In this document: positions 26,281 through 38,270 of the stretch, piece by piece
Numbering within the stretch: the stretch's first letter is position 1
Layout: every line of letters begins with the position of its first letter
DNA from: Camelus ferus
Lineage: Eukaryota
Length of the DNA stretch: 64,000 nucleotides
Assembly (NCBI RefSeq): GCF_009834535.1
Contig: NC_045697.1
Coordinates: 82,152,001-82,216,000 of the forward strand
Reading direction: 5' to 3'
Notes under the pieces: generated by a model
Told to the model about the DNA's origin: nothing
Seen by the model: the letters and a program-made list of their open reading frames with translations, nothing else
The model's database searches: none
Position numbers and translations under genes: made by a program

Positions 26281-26674
26281 TGTATGAAATCTCTCAAAAA
26301 TATATTATGTGTAAAGAAAGACATAATTTTTAAAAACAAGCAAGCATAGAGAAATGTTTGTACAGTTTTATCAAAATATCCTATTCAGAATATATTAGTA
26401 TTTTCTAAAAATCAGTAAGAAAAACAAAAAACAAAAACAGAAACTAGCCCATAGATAATTAGTCCTGCAAGAAACTAAACTTTCCAGAAAGTCCAAAATA
26501 TCTGCTCTGTGTCTCTTAAGCATTTCTCAAGCCTTGGTAACCCTTGATAAACACACCCAAGGTTATACCCAAATTGGTAGTGTCAAGTATATCTTAGAGT
26601 AAGCATGATCAAAAAATAAAGTGTTTATTAAAAACGTTTTCATTGAGATTTGTTAATAAGTGTTAAAATGGAAA

Positions 26675-26772
26675 ATTTACTGAGTATTTATTTCAGGACT
26701 CATTCTAAATGTATAGTTTGGTATTGATATTTTCAACACTTGTAACAACCATGGGAGGGAAGTACTGTTTTT
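26675..26772. repeat. Dispersed duplicate of 25971-26075
   Basis: direct alignment shows 5 substitutions and one 7-nt indel over ~100 nt. Confidence 0.95.
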
Positions 26773-27009
26773 TTCAAATGCTACAGATAGATTTATCAAT
26801 AATACCACTAGGATCATTAGTACCATCTATATGAATAGATTAATTTATACTTGACATCATATTTGAATGATGGCATATTCCATTTTGTAACTGTAGGTGG
26901 ATGAGAGAGACAGTGTTCTTTAAGGAAAAGTATACTGGATGAATTCTGTCCCAAATTGTATCACATGTTAACCATGTGAATTTAGGTGATAAATGAGGCC
27001 ATGTATTGG

Positions 27010-27225
27010 CTAATGTGTGTTGAGTCTATAAATTGCTTTAATATATGTGAACTTACTTGATTGCCATAGTGTGAATTAGGTGTCAGTATTATCTCTGTGT
27101 TATTAAGTGTGAAACCTTAAGCTTAGGGAACTTCAGTAATTTTACTGAGGTCTTATCTGTCAGAAAAAGGTAAATCCTGAAGTAACTGAGAATTTTGGGC
27201 CCAGACACAGTGCTTTTTAACAGAG
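27010..27225 (-). mobile_element. MIR SINE, degraded
   Basis: 'agtattatctctgtgttattaagtgtgaaaccttaagcttagggaacttcagtaattttactgaggtc...cagtgctttttaac'. Confidence 0.5.
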
Positions 27226-28116
27226 CACACAGCTTTCATTCTTATGTGAGATGTGAGAATCAAATGAGTTACTAAAACTAGAGCCATATGTAAACTATTA
27301 AAAGCTTTGAAAAACAGAGGCTCAATTCTTTTCCTAAATTATTTCTTTAAAAAACTGTCCTATTTTTTTAAATATTGAGCTAATTATAAAAGGCAAATGG
27401 ACCATATACCCATTATAAAATTAAATAAAATAATAGACAAACTAGTAGATTAAAAAGGAAGTATGGAAGTCTTCATTCCCTCTACCCTCCTCCCTTTCCC
27501 ATTCCCCAGAAAATCTACTGATCATCTGCAATCACACACTTATACGGACTATTGTTTGGTTTATGAGAATCATTTTATTGAAAATATTAGCTACATAAAA
27601 CTATCTAAGAAATAGCAATTGCACATTAATATGTGTTAGCAGAACGTGGGTCAGGGATCTGAGGGTAATGTACTTGATAATGTATATTGGTTGCCCAGCA
27701 AAACAAGCAACCTGCAACTTTAAAAAATTATATATTCTTCTATAACAGTTATGAATACTATTTGAAATGAGTTTATGAATTAAAAACTCTGAAAATAAGT
27801 TACAGATATCTAAACTCTTTCAAATCCTAGCTTTTCCTTTGAGTTTTCACATAGCACTGGCCTTTTTTTTATTTTTAGTGTTTTCTTTTTTTAAGATAGA
27901 AGAAAAAATGAACTATAAAGATTTATAGACTATGTCACAGGAGTCTTAGAGATTGCTATTTCCTTTAGATTGCTCTTTTATGAAAACATTTTTCTTCCAT
28001 GCAACAATAAAGTTATTTCTCCTCAGTGTGAATACATTTTTTTTTCTTTTTGGTACAGTATTCTGAATTATTTTTTTAACCTTAAATTTAAACCTAGGAA
28101 TACTACTACAATATCT

Positions 28117-28144
<28 letters not shown>
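28117..28144 (+). repeat. (CA)14 microsatellite
   Basis: directly visible. Confidence 0.98.
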
Positions 28145-28149
<5 letters not shown>

Positions 28150-29948
28150 ATAATATTATCTAGCTTTACAAGCCTGTCAACAATTTTGACCATCTTCTCT
28201 TAGAGATAGGCATAGTTAAAATAAAAATTTTGAAACTTATCAGATGTAGTAAATAGGTAATAGGTTCTGGAAAACTTAACAATAAAAATAGTGTTACTTC
28301 TTGAATTTTATTATCTTTCATTGATTGTACTGAATTTTTGAGAACTGACCTCTATTGTGGCAAAACAATTATAAAATTACCCATTTTAACTTTTTGATAA
28401 ATATACCAGTCTATTTACATGAAATGTACATTGGAGATATGCTGTACAAATATGTTTGTTAGGAATATATTTAATATATATTTTACATAATAAATATTTT
28501 ATAATAAACATGCTATAAAAGTGTATATAGAATGTACATTTCAAAGGACCTATACATATATTACCATTATTATGTTCAATTACACATGCATGTTTTCTAT
28601 AATTACAGTTTTCATCAGGAAACAAAAATATTTGTCATGATAGTGAAGATAAATATATATTTACGCTTTTGGTTTTGTAGATTATAAGCCTGAATCTTTT
28701 CTGCTAAAATGATTCTTTTTTTTTCCTCTAAAGAATAAATCTGTGGTGGTTTCACATATAATTCTGGGCATATAACATACCAAGGCCATTTGCAAATGAG
28801 AGGCATTTAGTTCAGTAGTATATAAACTTGGATGTGATAACTTTGGCTGCTTCTTTAGATATCATGTACTTGATGAGTAACAGGACTAGTCAGGGGAAGT
28901 TATATTTCTACTCAGCATTAAGTACCTTGTCTTATCCTGTTTGGTAAACTGTCTAACATCTTGCAACCACTTAGCAAGCTTTAATTTACTTGAATGGCAG
29001 AGTCAGAATAAATTAAACTTTGGAAGCTGGATTTCATTGCCATAACCTGAAAGTGTAATTTAATACTCTTAATTGGTAACAGACTATATTAGAAAACTAT
29101 TAGATTCAATATAGCTTTGTAATACCCTAACACATATCCATAGCATTATTGTAAATGGAAATCTCTTGGTGAAATGAACCTATATATTAATACTTGGAAA
29201 ATCAATTTTTAAAAATAGAACAAATGTCAGTTTTTTGTAGAAAAGCCAGACAATTAAAAGTTGTTTATGTTTAAGCAATTTATTTTTAAATATAATTGAC
29301 AAGACGTTTTTAGCATTTACCACAAATGTAGTTTTAAAAAATGTATTTTTTGATTCCTTTTTTCTTTTCTACTCTTTAGTCTATATTAATATTATATAAT
29401 TGCAAGAATTATACTTCACTCACAATAAGTTTATTATATTGTCCTCTTGTTGCTCCTCATCACTTTCTCTCCATATTGATTCTTCATCCTTTTAGGGATA
29501 TGATTCTGAGAGAAAGGATTGCAGCATTTCCTGCCTGCTGATTAGATTTTTTGCCATAGTGCGACAGAGATATTATGTAATGGCTTTATAGTGAATATTA
29601 TCTCGGTGAAAGGAATATATGCAAGAATAAACATAAGTTATTTAGAAATCAGACTTTGTATCACATAGAAAAGTGAAATTGATTTGAGAAGCAAAACTCA
29701 ACTTCTCTAATATGTGGGTATATAACATACCCACATTTTTAAAGACGTTAAAAAATCCATCTCTCCATTACTATACATGTCCAACATAAACACATGGAGA
29801 TTGATCTAATGAATATTTATTACTGAAAATAAAATTTAAAGTAGTTTGTGATGCAAGCATTGTGATGTAAGCACATGTTTTTATTTCTCTTGGGTAAATA
29901 CTGGAAGTATGTAAAATAGAAAAAGAAGTTTGTAACTAACCCTTAAAA

Positions 29949-30626
29949 AAGGGGGATTGACAAACTTTGACCCATGAGCCAACTCTCATCTGTCACTTTG
30001 TAAATGAAGTTTTACTGGAGCAGAGCCATGCCATGATAGGCTGAATAATAGTGTCCCCCTCCAAATTAATTTTTAAACAACAACAAAATTGTCCACATCC
30101 TAACCTCTGGATAATCTGAATAATTCTCCTTGCATAATGAAAGGGACTTTGAAATTAAGATTAAGTTTCTTTAAATGGGGAAATTATCCTAAATCTAATG
30201 TAATCACAAGAATCTTTCTAAGCTTGAGGCAAGGAGGATCAGAGATAACTGTAGGAAATGCGATGATGGAAACAAGAGGCCAAGGTGATGTAAGGAAAGG
30301 GTCTTGAGCCCAGAAATGCAGGCAGACTCTAGAAACATAAAATGGAAGGAAACAGATTCTCCCTTGAAACCTTTTATAGGAGTATAACCCTGCTGACACT
30401 TTGACTTTAGACTTCAAACATCCAGAAATCTAAGAATGTAAAATTGTGTTTTCTTAAGCCACTAAGTTTGTGGTAGCTTATGACAGCAGCAAAAAGAAGC
30501 AAATATACACATTCATTTACATATTGTCTGTGACTGCTTTTGCATCAGACAGACAGAAACCATAGTTCTGGAAAATATAAAATATGTACCTTCTGCCCCT
30601 TTATAGAAAAAATCTTCAGATTCCTA
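29949..30626 (+). mobile_element. MER58A (hAT-Charlie MITE) split by an MLT1 LTR
   Basis: 'tgtaaatgaagttttactggagcagagccatgc' continues after the LTR as 'tcatttacatattgtctgtgactgcttt...cccctttatagaaaaa'; 8-bp TSD ccttaaaa at 29941-29948 and 30627-30634. Confidence 0.9.
30032..30507 (+). mobile_element. MaLR solo LTR (MLT1C/D-like)
   Basis: 'gcaggcagactctagaa...ggaaacagattctccc', 'ttaagccactaagtttgtggta...acagcagca'. Confidence 0.9.
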
Positions 30627-31079
30627 CCTTAAAATGCAGACTCTCTCACCACTCTGATTTTATAACACTTTTTCAAATATCTGTTTTGATGCCGTATGTA
30701 CTTTGTTTACATAGCTATCTGTATGTATGTGTGTGTGTTTAATTCTGTGATGAATTTTTTGAATGCAGCAAAACTTGCTTTTTTTCTTCTTCACCCTGAT
30801 AACATAGTTTCTTGCATGTATTTTCTATCCTAGAATTACTTACAGGATGAGAAAATTTAGAAAAAAATATTTGGAACAAAATCCTTCAATGTATGGTTTC
30901 TGTATAGCTATGCTTGATTCCTTATCAGTTTTTTGTGAGTTCATTTTCTAGATATTAATTAGACCCTACAATGATATATACTTGAATTTCCTTGTGTTGA
31001 CATAACATCAGTGCTGATGTGATGTAATCTCACCTTGAATTTTTTATTTAAAATTCCATTTCTCTTTGTAATTATTAAA

Positions 31080-31800
31080 AAGCAGAGAAAGCCAACTAGA
31101 GAAAGTGATATTTGAGAAAAGAACCAAGGAAGTGAGAGAGTGAGTGAACACGAAGATGTCTAGGGGATGAAATCCCAGGCTGAGAAAATTAAAATAAAAT
31201 CTTTCAATCAAGGATCTCCTTGAAGTATGACATTAAAGCAAAACAATCAGAGTGGCTGAGGTGTGCTAAATTCAGAATTGGCCACTGGAATAGTCTGTTG
31301 GTTATCACTCTCTAAGTCTAAAGAACTATTCAGTGCCAAATTGGTGATTAATAATTTGGTATAGTTTATGATTATAAATGGGCTCTTTTTCATCAATAGT
31401 TATTATGAAAGCAACACAATAGTGTCTGTCTAAGGAACAATCAATATTATTATCAGTACCTAATAATATTCAGTGAAACAATAACTATTTTTGAGACTCT
31501 CCAGCTGAAAAATTTATTGAGGATCATTATTATATAGTTGAAATCAAAGAATAAAACAGAAGAGTGCCAAAGATGGAATCTAGAAAAATCTCTAACCTTT
31601 AGAGAGCCAAGGAGATAGAGAAAAAAACAACAAAAAGGGATGAGAAGGAGCTGTGAGAGATACAGAGGTGAATCAGATGAGAGTGACACTTTGAATCATT
31701 TGAGGATTGTCAGCACCATAATGCAGTGGAGAAACTGTATGTAGTAAATTCTGAAGAAAAGTGTAGATCTGAAAATCTGACTGCAAGATTTCAAGACAAA
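31080..31800 (-). mobile_element. LINE-2 fragments
   Basis: purine-rich antisense L2-like tracts ('aaagtgatatttgagaaaagaaccaaggaagtgagagagtgagtg'); very diverged. Confidence 0.4.
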
Positions 31801-33029
31801 GTTTTGGAAAATAAGTCAAAACCAATTTTGTTTTCAAAGTATGGACATTGTTAGGATCAACAGACTTTTATAGAATTATTCTATTAGAGTCTCCCTTACT
31901 AACTCACTTTTCATAATACAAACCGTGAGCTAAGCAGTTTCCCACTTATTCATTTATAGAATTAATTTTAAGGGCACTTAGAATAAAGACTACATATGCC
32001 TATAGAGAGAGACCAAATATGGTCATGTCCTCCTGAATATGTTAGTCTTCTCTTCCTATGGAAGATAAACATGAAGCAGGTCGTTGTGATTTTCTTTGTG
32101 TCTTCTAGATGTGTTTCTATGATAGAACATTAAGAAAACTAAGTTACTTCATGGGTAAAGCAGCACCCAGGATGATTAGAAATTTAAAAAGACTTGTAAT
32201 TTTTAAGCTGAGAGTCTAAAACCAAATACAAATAATGAGAAAAAGATAAAAAACTTCTCAAGAAGAGAAACCCATCAATCAAAAGTACTCTAAGCTCAAA
32301 ACACCTTATGAAATTAATAATATTCAGAGTATTCATGCAAGGTGTTAATTGGGTCAATTCACTCGAGCTAGGTTTAAAAAAAAGCCCCTTAGCTTCTAGC
32401 TAGGTGATAATTACATTCATTCTTGTAAAATGAAATGACTATACGTGGGTAGAAAATTCTTTGCACCTAGCTAGACAAAGGCTGAGTGGAAATCAGTGAA
32501 GTATAATGAGAGAGAATAGAATTAGGACAATGAAATTTATAACTACATATAATTAGCATTTTAACAACCTCTTATTTGTGCATAATTAGTAGTTTTGTGG
32601 TAGATTGATTATTAAATTTTAATCATTGAGTTGCTTTGGCTTTACTCTCCCCAGTGAAGAATTTTGATTGTTGTGTTAATTTTCTTTTCTTAAAAAAGTG
32701 TTCATTTGGTTTTTCCTGACCATATAATTTAAATCTTTTTATGAAATAAAATACCTTTCTAAAATTTTACATTATTTTCTAAATACGGGATTTTCAGTTA
32801 TTTGTACTTTCTTTTCTAGCAGATGGCTTTTATAATTCAATCTTGGATATTTTATTTTGCTAGTTCTAGTTATTAATTTTTTCTTCACTACCTTATTATT
32901 AGACATATCTTAATAGCCATTCTTTCCTTCATTTTGCACCACACTTTCTATTTTGCCATTGGACACAAGCAGCTGTAAAAATGTGGGACACATTGTTTTC
33001 AGCAGCAACAACTTGTACATTTGTCACCT

Positions 33030-33297
33030 ACAGATATTCCAGTGAATCAGTGAATGGGGCTTTTCCAGGCTGTTGTGAGACAGGTCAGATAGTGTCAGTG
33101 CTCTAGAAATGGGCTTTTGAATAAACTCCATTCCTGGTCTTCCTGTGCTTGCAAGTCTTCTGTTCTTAACAGCTACTGTGATCTTGAGGCCCCTGGCTTT
33201 CAGGGCTGTGGTAGACCTGAAAAGGAGAGTATGGAAGTATGCTGCAAACCCAGATGTGCTTTCCAGATTTCAGCAGAGATTCTTGAATGAACACTCC
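33030..33297 (-). mobile_element. Old L1M 5' region fragment
   Basis: 'agatttcagcagagattcttgaatgaacactcctcag' resembles the antisense L1MC/MD 5' sequence. Confidence 0.45.
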
Positions 33298-34005
33298 TCA
33301 GATGTTGAAGATGCAATAGAAATAGCAAGAGAACTGGAATTAGAAGGGGAGACTGAAATGTGACTGCTGCAATATCATGATAACACTTTAATGGATAAGT
33401 AGTTACTTACGTTTGAGCGAAGCAAGTGGTTTCTTGAGATGGAATCAACTCCTGGTGAAGATTCAGTGAAGATGGTTGCAATAACAAAAGATTTCGAATA
33501 TTACATAAACTTAGTTCATAAAGCAGTAGCAGGGTTTGAGAGGATTGACTCTAATTTTGAAAGAAATTCTCCTGTGAGTAAAAATGCTATGAAACAGCAC
33601 TGCATGGTACAGAGAAGTCGTTCATGAAAGGAGGAGTCAATCGATGTGGCAGATTACACTGTTTTCTTATTTTGAGAAATTGACACAGTCCCCCTACCCG
33701 TCAGTCACCATCACCCTGGTCAGCCAGCAGCCATCAACATCGAGGCAAGACCTTGTACCAGCAAAAATATAACTCGCTGAAGGCTCAGAAGACGGTTAGC
33801 ACTTTCTTAGCAATAAATTATTTTTTAATTAAGGTGTGCATTTTTTACGCATGATGCTATTGTGCACCTAATAGATATTATAATGTAACCGTAACTTTTA
33901 TGTACACTGGGAAACCAAAAAAGTTTGTGTGACCCACTTGATTTTGATATTAGTTTTATTGTGGTGGTCAGGAGCTAAACTGGCAATATCTCTGAAATAC
34001 GCCTA
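33298..34005 (+). mobile_element. Tigger1 3' portion including the transposase C-terminus (pseudogenic)
   Basis: peptides 'DVEDAIEIARELELE' and '[44 protein letters not shown]' are the Tigger1/TIGD1-type C-terminus; ends in the TIR plus TA (34006-34007). Confidence 0.95.
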
Positions 34006-34673
34006 TATGCCCAGTAATTTTCCACTACTTTATCTCTCCTGAGAGTAAAAAGAGGATATAGAAAATGTCAGAAACCTCATTATAAATTTTATTTGCTTCA
34101 TGATTTTCTTTTAAATAATGTTGATCTTATCCTCAACTTTAAAAGGCATGGTATTTTAACTGTTTTCTATATAGAGTATACTCCTAATATACTCTTGAGA
34201 ATTATACCTCAACCATTTGATTTCTTACCCCACATTAATAAGGCTCTGTTAGAGTGGTGAGGAAAGGTTTTTATTTCATCCTTCATCCAAGCACTTTGAG
34301 TATCAGCTCAAGATATTAGATGTTACTCTGAATCTTCCAAGAGAAAGGTATTTTTACCAGGGAATTGGCTATCAAAAGTTGTCAAAGGACTGGAAGAGTA
34401 GAAGACTGAAGAGCACATTAACCAGGAATCCAGCACTCAGATAGCAGATATCACTTGAAGGAGACTTTTGACCAGCACTATAGGAGTCATTGCCTCAAGC
34501 ATATGTCTTCTACCTCATCTTATTTCCTCTAATCTCATATGATTGTCTCCCCTTTTCAGACCTTAAGGGACTGCACACTGGCAAAGAAGGCTAATAAATG
34601 TATTTGATGGGAAAGGGAGAGGCAGAATCCTTAGCATATGAAAGGACAACACAAGGTCCTATAATTTTTATGC

Positions 34674-34700
34674 TATATATATAATATGTGTTTGTGTGTG

Positions 34701-34743
<43 letters not shown>

Positions 34744-34865
34744 GTGTGTGTGTGTGTGTATACCCATATATATGTGTGTATATATGTGTATATATGTATT
34801 TGTATGTGTGTATATATGTGTGTGTATATATGTATGTGTATATATGTATATATATTATATATATA
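34674..34865. repeat. Compound (TA)n/(TG)n microsatellite
   Basis: ~190 nt of near-continuous purine-pyrimidine alternation. Confidence 0.98.
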
Positions 34866-35249
34866 GTCAAACAACCAAAACGAGAACAAAAAACTACATA
34901 GATTTTACTAACATGTGAAAAAACTTTGTAAGATACCCTCCAAAAAATAAACAAGTTTTTTTAATCCAACAATTTCAGTTGTCTGAAAAAACTGGGCTGT
35001 TACGTGATAAAATTTCTTATCACTGGAAATGTTCAAGTAGGATATGGTAACAGATCCAAACCTAGAAATATCCCTTCCCCTGGCATTAAGACCTATGATT
35101 CCAAAAGTCACATTCTGCCAAATGTCCTCAAGATTCATATAATTTCTCTCTGCACAACCGCATTGAATATTCTTCTAGTCTTGCCTTCAGTAAACCACAG
35201 CTAATACTACTGGACCAGGTGTCTTCAGGTCTCACATAAACAAGTATGT

Positions 35250-36420
35250 AATGTTCAAAGTAAAACCATGGTCTTCCCCATTCCACGCTCCAAAGCTTGC
35301 TGGTTTTGCTGTTGTGTTTTCTAACAGAAAAATTGGTACCATAACATACTCAGTTATTCAAACGTGAACTTTAGAGGTTAAGATTACGTACTCCCTTTCT
35401 CATACCCCTATATCCACTCCATCAAGTCTCACTGATTGTACTAGCAAACTGTATATTGAATTCTTCCTTTCTCTTTATTTCTATGGCCTAAAGCCTCATA
35501 ATTTCTCACATGGAATATGAAATAGTGTTCCAAATAACTTAATTGCTATTTTTATTTATTCTCCTGAGTAGTAGAAACATTGACATTATTATCATCTCTA
35601 ATATTTGTAAACATATTTCATTGTATATCAGTAAGCTGTTGATGTGTGATAAATCACTACCTAATTTAGTAGCTTAAAAGAACAAGAAGTTATTATTTCC
35701 CATGTTTGCCAACCCATGCTCAGCTCAGAAGTGTCATTTATGAATTTATGGTCAGCATTGGTCTGGCTAAATTGCTTTGTGGATATTGATTGAGTATGTC
35801 ACCCAAGATGCTCAGAGCCTTAGCTGGAACAACTGAGCTGTCTTGACTATGATCTATATGTCTTATTACGCAGACAGCTAACTCAGTCATTTTACAACAA
35901 CAAAAGTAGAGTAGAAGGAGGGTATTGGAATACACAGGGCTCTTGAGGCCTGGGCTTGTAGCTTGCCCAAGGCCATTCTAGATTCAAACCAGGGGCAGTG
36001 ACTCTGCTTTTGGATAAGAGGAGTGGCAAAGTCATATCAAAAAAAGGCACAGATATTGGGAGAGTAAATAATTAGGGACTTTTTTTTTCTTTTTGCAATT
36101 TGCCAGGCATAGATTCTCAAAATACTCAAGATCAAATCCAAATACCTTAATATGACCTTCCAGGCTCTCTATTATCTGGTTTCTGCCTATCTCTTCAAAT
36201 TTATCTTATGTAACTCCCCCAACACATGTTATGATCCATCTAATCTATTCTTTCATTGTCTCAGCTGGTCAACACCTTCCCAACTCGGGAACTTGTTGGA
36301 TGGTTATACATATCATGCCTGCTCCTTGAAATGTTCTTTCTCTTTTTCACATGCCTAGAAATATATTTGCTTTAGGATTCATCATGATTATTTTATTTCC
36401 CTAAAAATATTTTTTTCTGT
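35250..36420 (+). mobile_element. LINE-2 fragments interrupted by MLT1
   Basis: 'atccactccatcaagtctcactgattgtac' and 'ccttaatatgaccttccaggctctctattatctgg' flank the LTR. Confidence 0.55.
35622..36108 (-). mobile_element. MaLR LTR (old MLT1H/I/J-like)
   Basis: 'aaatcactacctaatttagtagcttaaaagaacaagaagttattatttc' and 'ggataagaggagtggcaaagtcatatcaaaaa'. Confidence 0.75.
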
Positions 36421-36949
36421 CCACTTATGAAAACAAACATCAAACACATGTACACACACACAACACAATTATTTTTGTTTCAAGACATTTTGGTCATTTA
36501 TAGATTTATTATAATATATAATTTAAAAATTGAACTCATTTAGTATCTTTTTCCTCTACTAAACTAAAAATCACAATGAAGACATTGACCATTTCTTCTT
36601 TTCCTCTTTTTCTTCTCCCTTCTCATTTTTTCTTAATTTTCTCCTGTGTCTTGCTTGCCTCTTCTTCATATTCCATCTTTTTCTAATTGTATTCTCAGAT
36701 CCAAGGAAAAGTGTCTTTTACATTAATAATGCTGGATAAGCACTGGTTAAGTGAACTTAAGTGATAGAGTCATCAGTGGTAAATGAGGCATCCATGTCCA
36801 ACACAAACTTAAATTCAGATATTATAATTTTACAGAAATTGCTTGGGAGACTTATGCCAGTTTTTATATCTTTTCAATTATGATCAAAGATAATTGTTTC
36901 AATGTATCTATTAATAATTTGTTTTTCTTCTTATAAGGTGTTCCTTCAT

Positions 36950-38270
36950 ACATTTAAGAAGATACTAATGTTGAAGTTTCAACTAGTGATCTTTTGAAGG
37001 TAAGGTTTCTTCTGTTCTGGCAGCTTTACCATTTTCCTCTTCACATTGGTTTTTACCACACATATTTCAGTATACATCAGTGTAATTTTCTTTGTGTATA
37101 TTCTGTTTGGTATCTGCAGAACTTGAAAATGTTTGATATTTTTCTTCAGTTTTGAAAAACAGTCTTTATTTATATAAATATCCTCACTCTTTTCTTGTTC
37201 TGGGACTATAATTACAATTTATTCACCATTGTTCCTGAATCTGCCTTGTAGTTCTTATTGTTTGGGGTATTTCATCAGTTTTATCCCTTTCTATTCTTCA
37301 GTTTTATATTTTTATTGACCTGATATTACAGTTCACTAATCCTGTGTTTTTCAGTATGCAGTCTGCTCCTAAAGTCATCAAATAAATCCTTAAATTCAAA
37401 CATTTGATTTTTTTATTTCTAGAAGGAACATTTGTTTCATGTTTAGAGATTTTTCCTTTCTAGTGAAATTCTTCACATTTTAGTATACTTTCTTCATATT
37501 TTTCTATATTTACTTGAATAGTATAATGATAGTCTTACAGTGTCCTCAACAGCCAAATTGATATCTGGATCACCTATGAATTGGTTTTTATTTTCTGTGC
37601 TTTTTCTTGGTTTTGCTCATATTCTTAACATGTGTAGTAAATTTTTTGAATGCCAAAGGTTATATATGAAAAAGTTTCTCAAGTTCAGGATAATCTCCTT
37701 CCCTAGCAGAGTTAACCTTTCCCTTCCTTGGTCAAATACAGTATGACTGGTCACTTATCCCAACAAGAGACTGGTGATTTGAGATTAATTTGTATTTTCC
37801 TGCAGAGCTCAGTCTACCTAAGACTGTTTAACCAAAGGTGTAGTTTCTTCTGGAAGAGACTACTCCCAGAAGACTCTTAACTATACTTCTAGTGAGAATG
37901 TTGAAAAATTTCTCTCAGGTTTTCAGAGATTTTTACGTTTAGGCTTTTAGTTTAATACTGCACAGAGTTCTGTTAATTCAGCAAATGTCCTGAGGGGGGA
38001 AACTGTTAATGTGCTTGAGACCCCTGGTCTCCACCAATAGCTCTCCTGGATTCCCACACACATCATCTGCTGGGCTTTACCCCAAGCTCCGCATAGGACT
38101 TTCAGCCCCTTGCCAGTGTCCAGGATGGCCAAAAACTCCAGGGAAAATCTGTGGCAGAATCTTCCCTTTCGGTAATCTTGTCTACTACAATTTTCATTGC
38201 CTTATCAGTGTTCAGCTTCTCTGCTGTAGGTATTCTTCCTATTGGAACCTACCTTTATATTTACATTAAA
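36950..38270 (-). mobile_element. Ancient L1M (L1ME-like) 5'/ORF1 region
   Basis: T-rich antisense L1 sequence: 'ttttgaaggtaag...ctggcagcttt', 'tctgggactataattaca', 'cagttcactaatcctg'. Confidence 0.6.

Noticed and set aside
29440..29600. Long AG-free pyrimidine tract with a 3' splice site at 29495/29496
   Set aside because: No convincing donor downstream and no recognisable peptide.
29712..29736. 10-bp-arm hairpin atgtgggtat-ataac-atacccacat
   Set aside because: Within chance expectation for AT-rich DNA and too short for a pre-miRNA.
33145..33627. Possible TIGD1 gene
   Set aside because: Only a frameshifted C-terminal fragment of the Tigger1 transposase, joined to an L1 fragment and followed by the TIR.
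34668..34954. Four ORFs rich in C/V/Y/I/H/T
   Set aside because: Translations of the (TA)/(TG) microsatellite.
36938..36999. 62-nt exon-like segment (ttataag|...GAAG|gtaagg)
   Set aside because: It has stops in all three frames, and the donor is part of antisense L1M sequence (the same motif occurs at ~58310). At most a cryptic exon.
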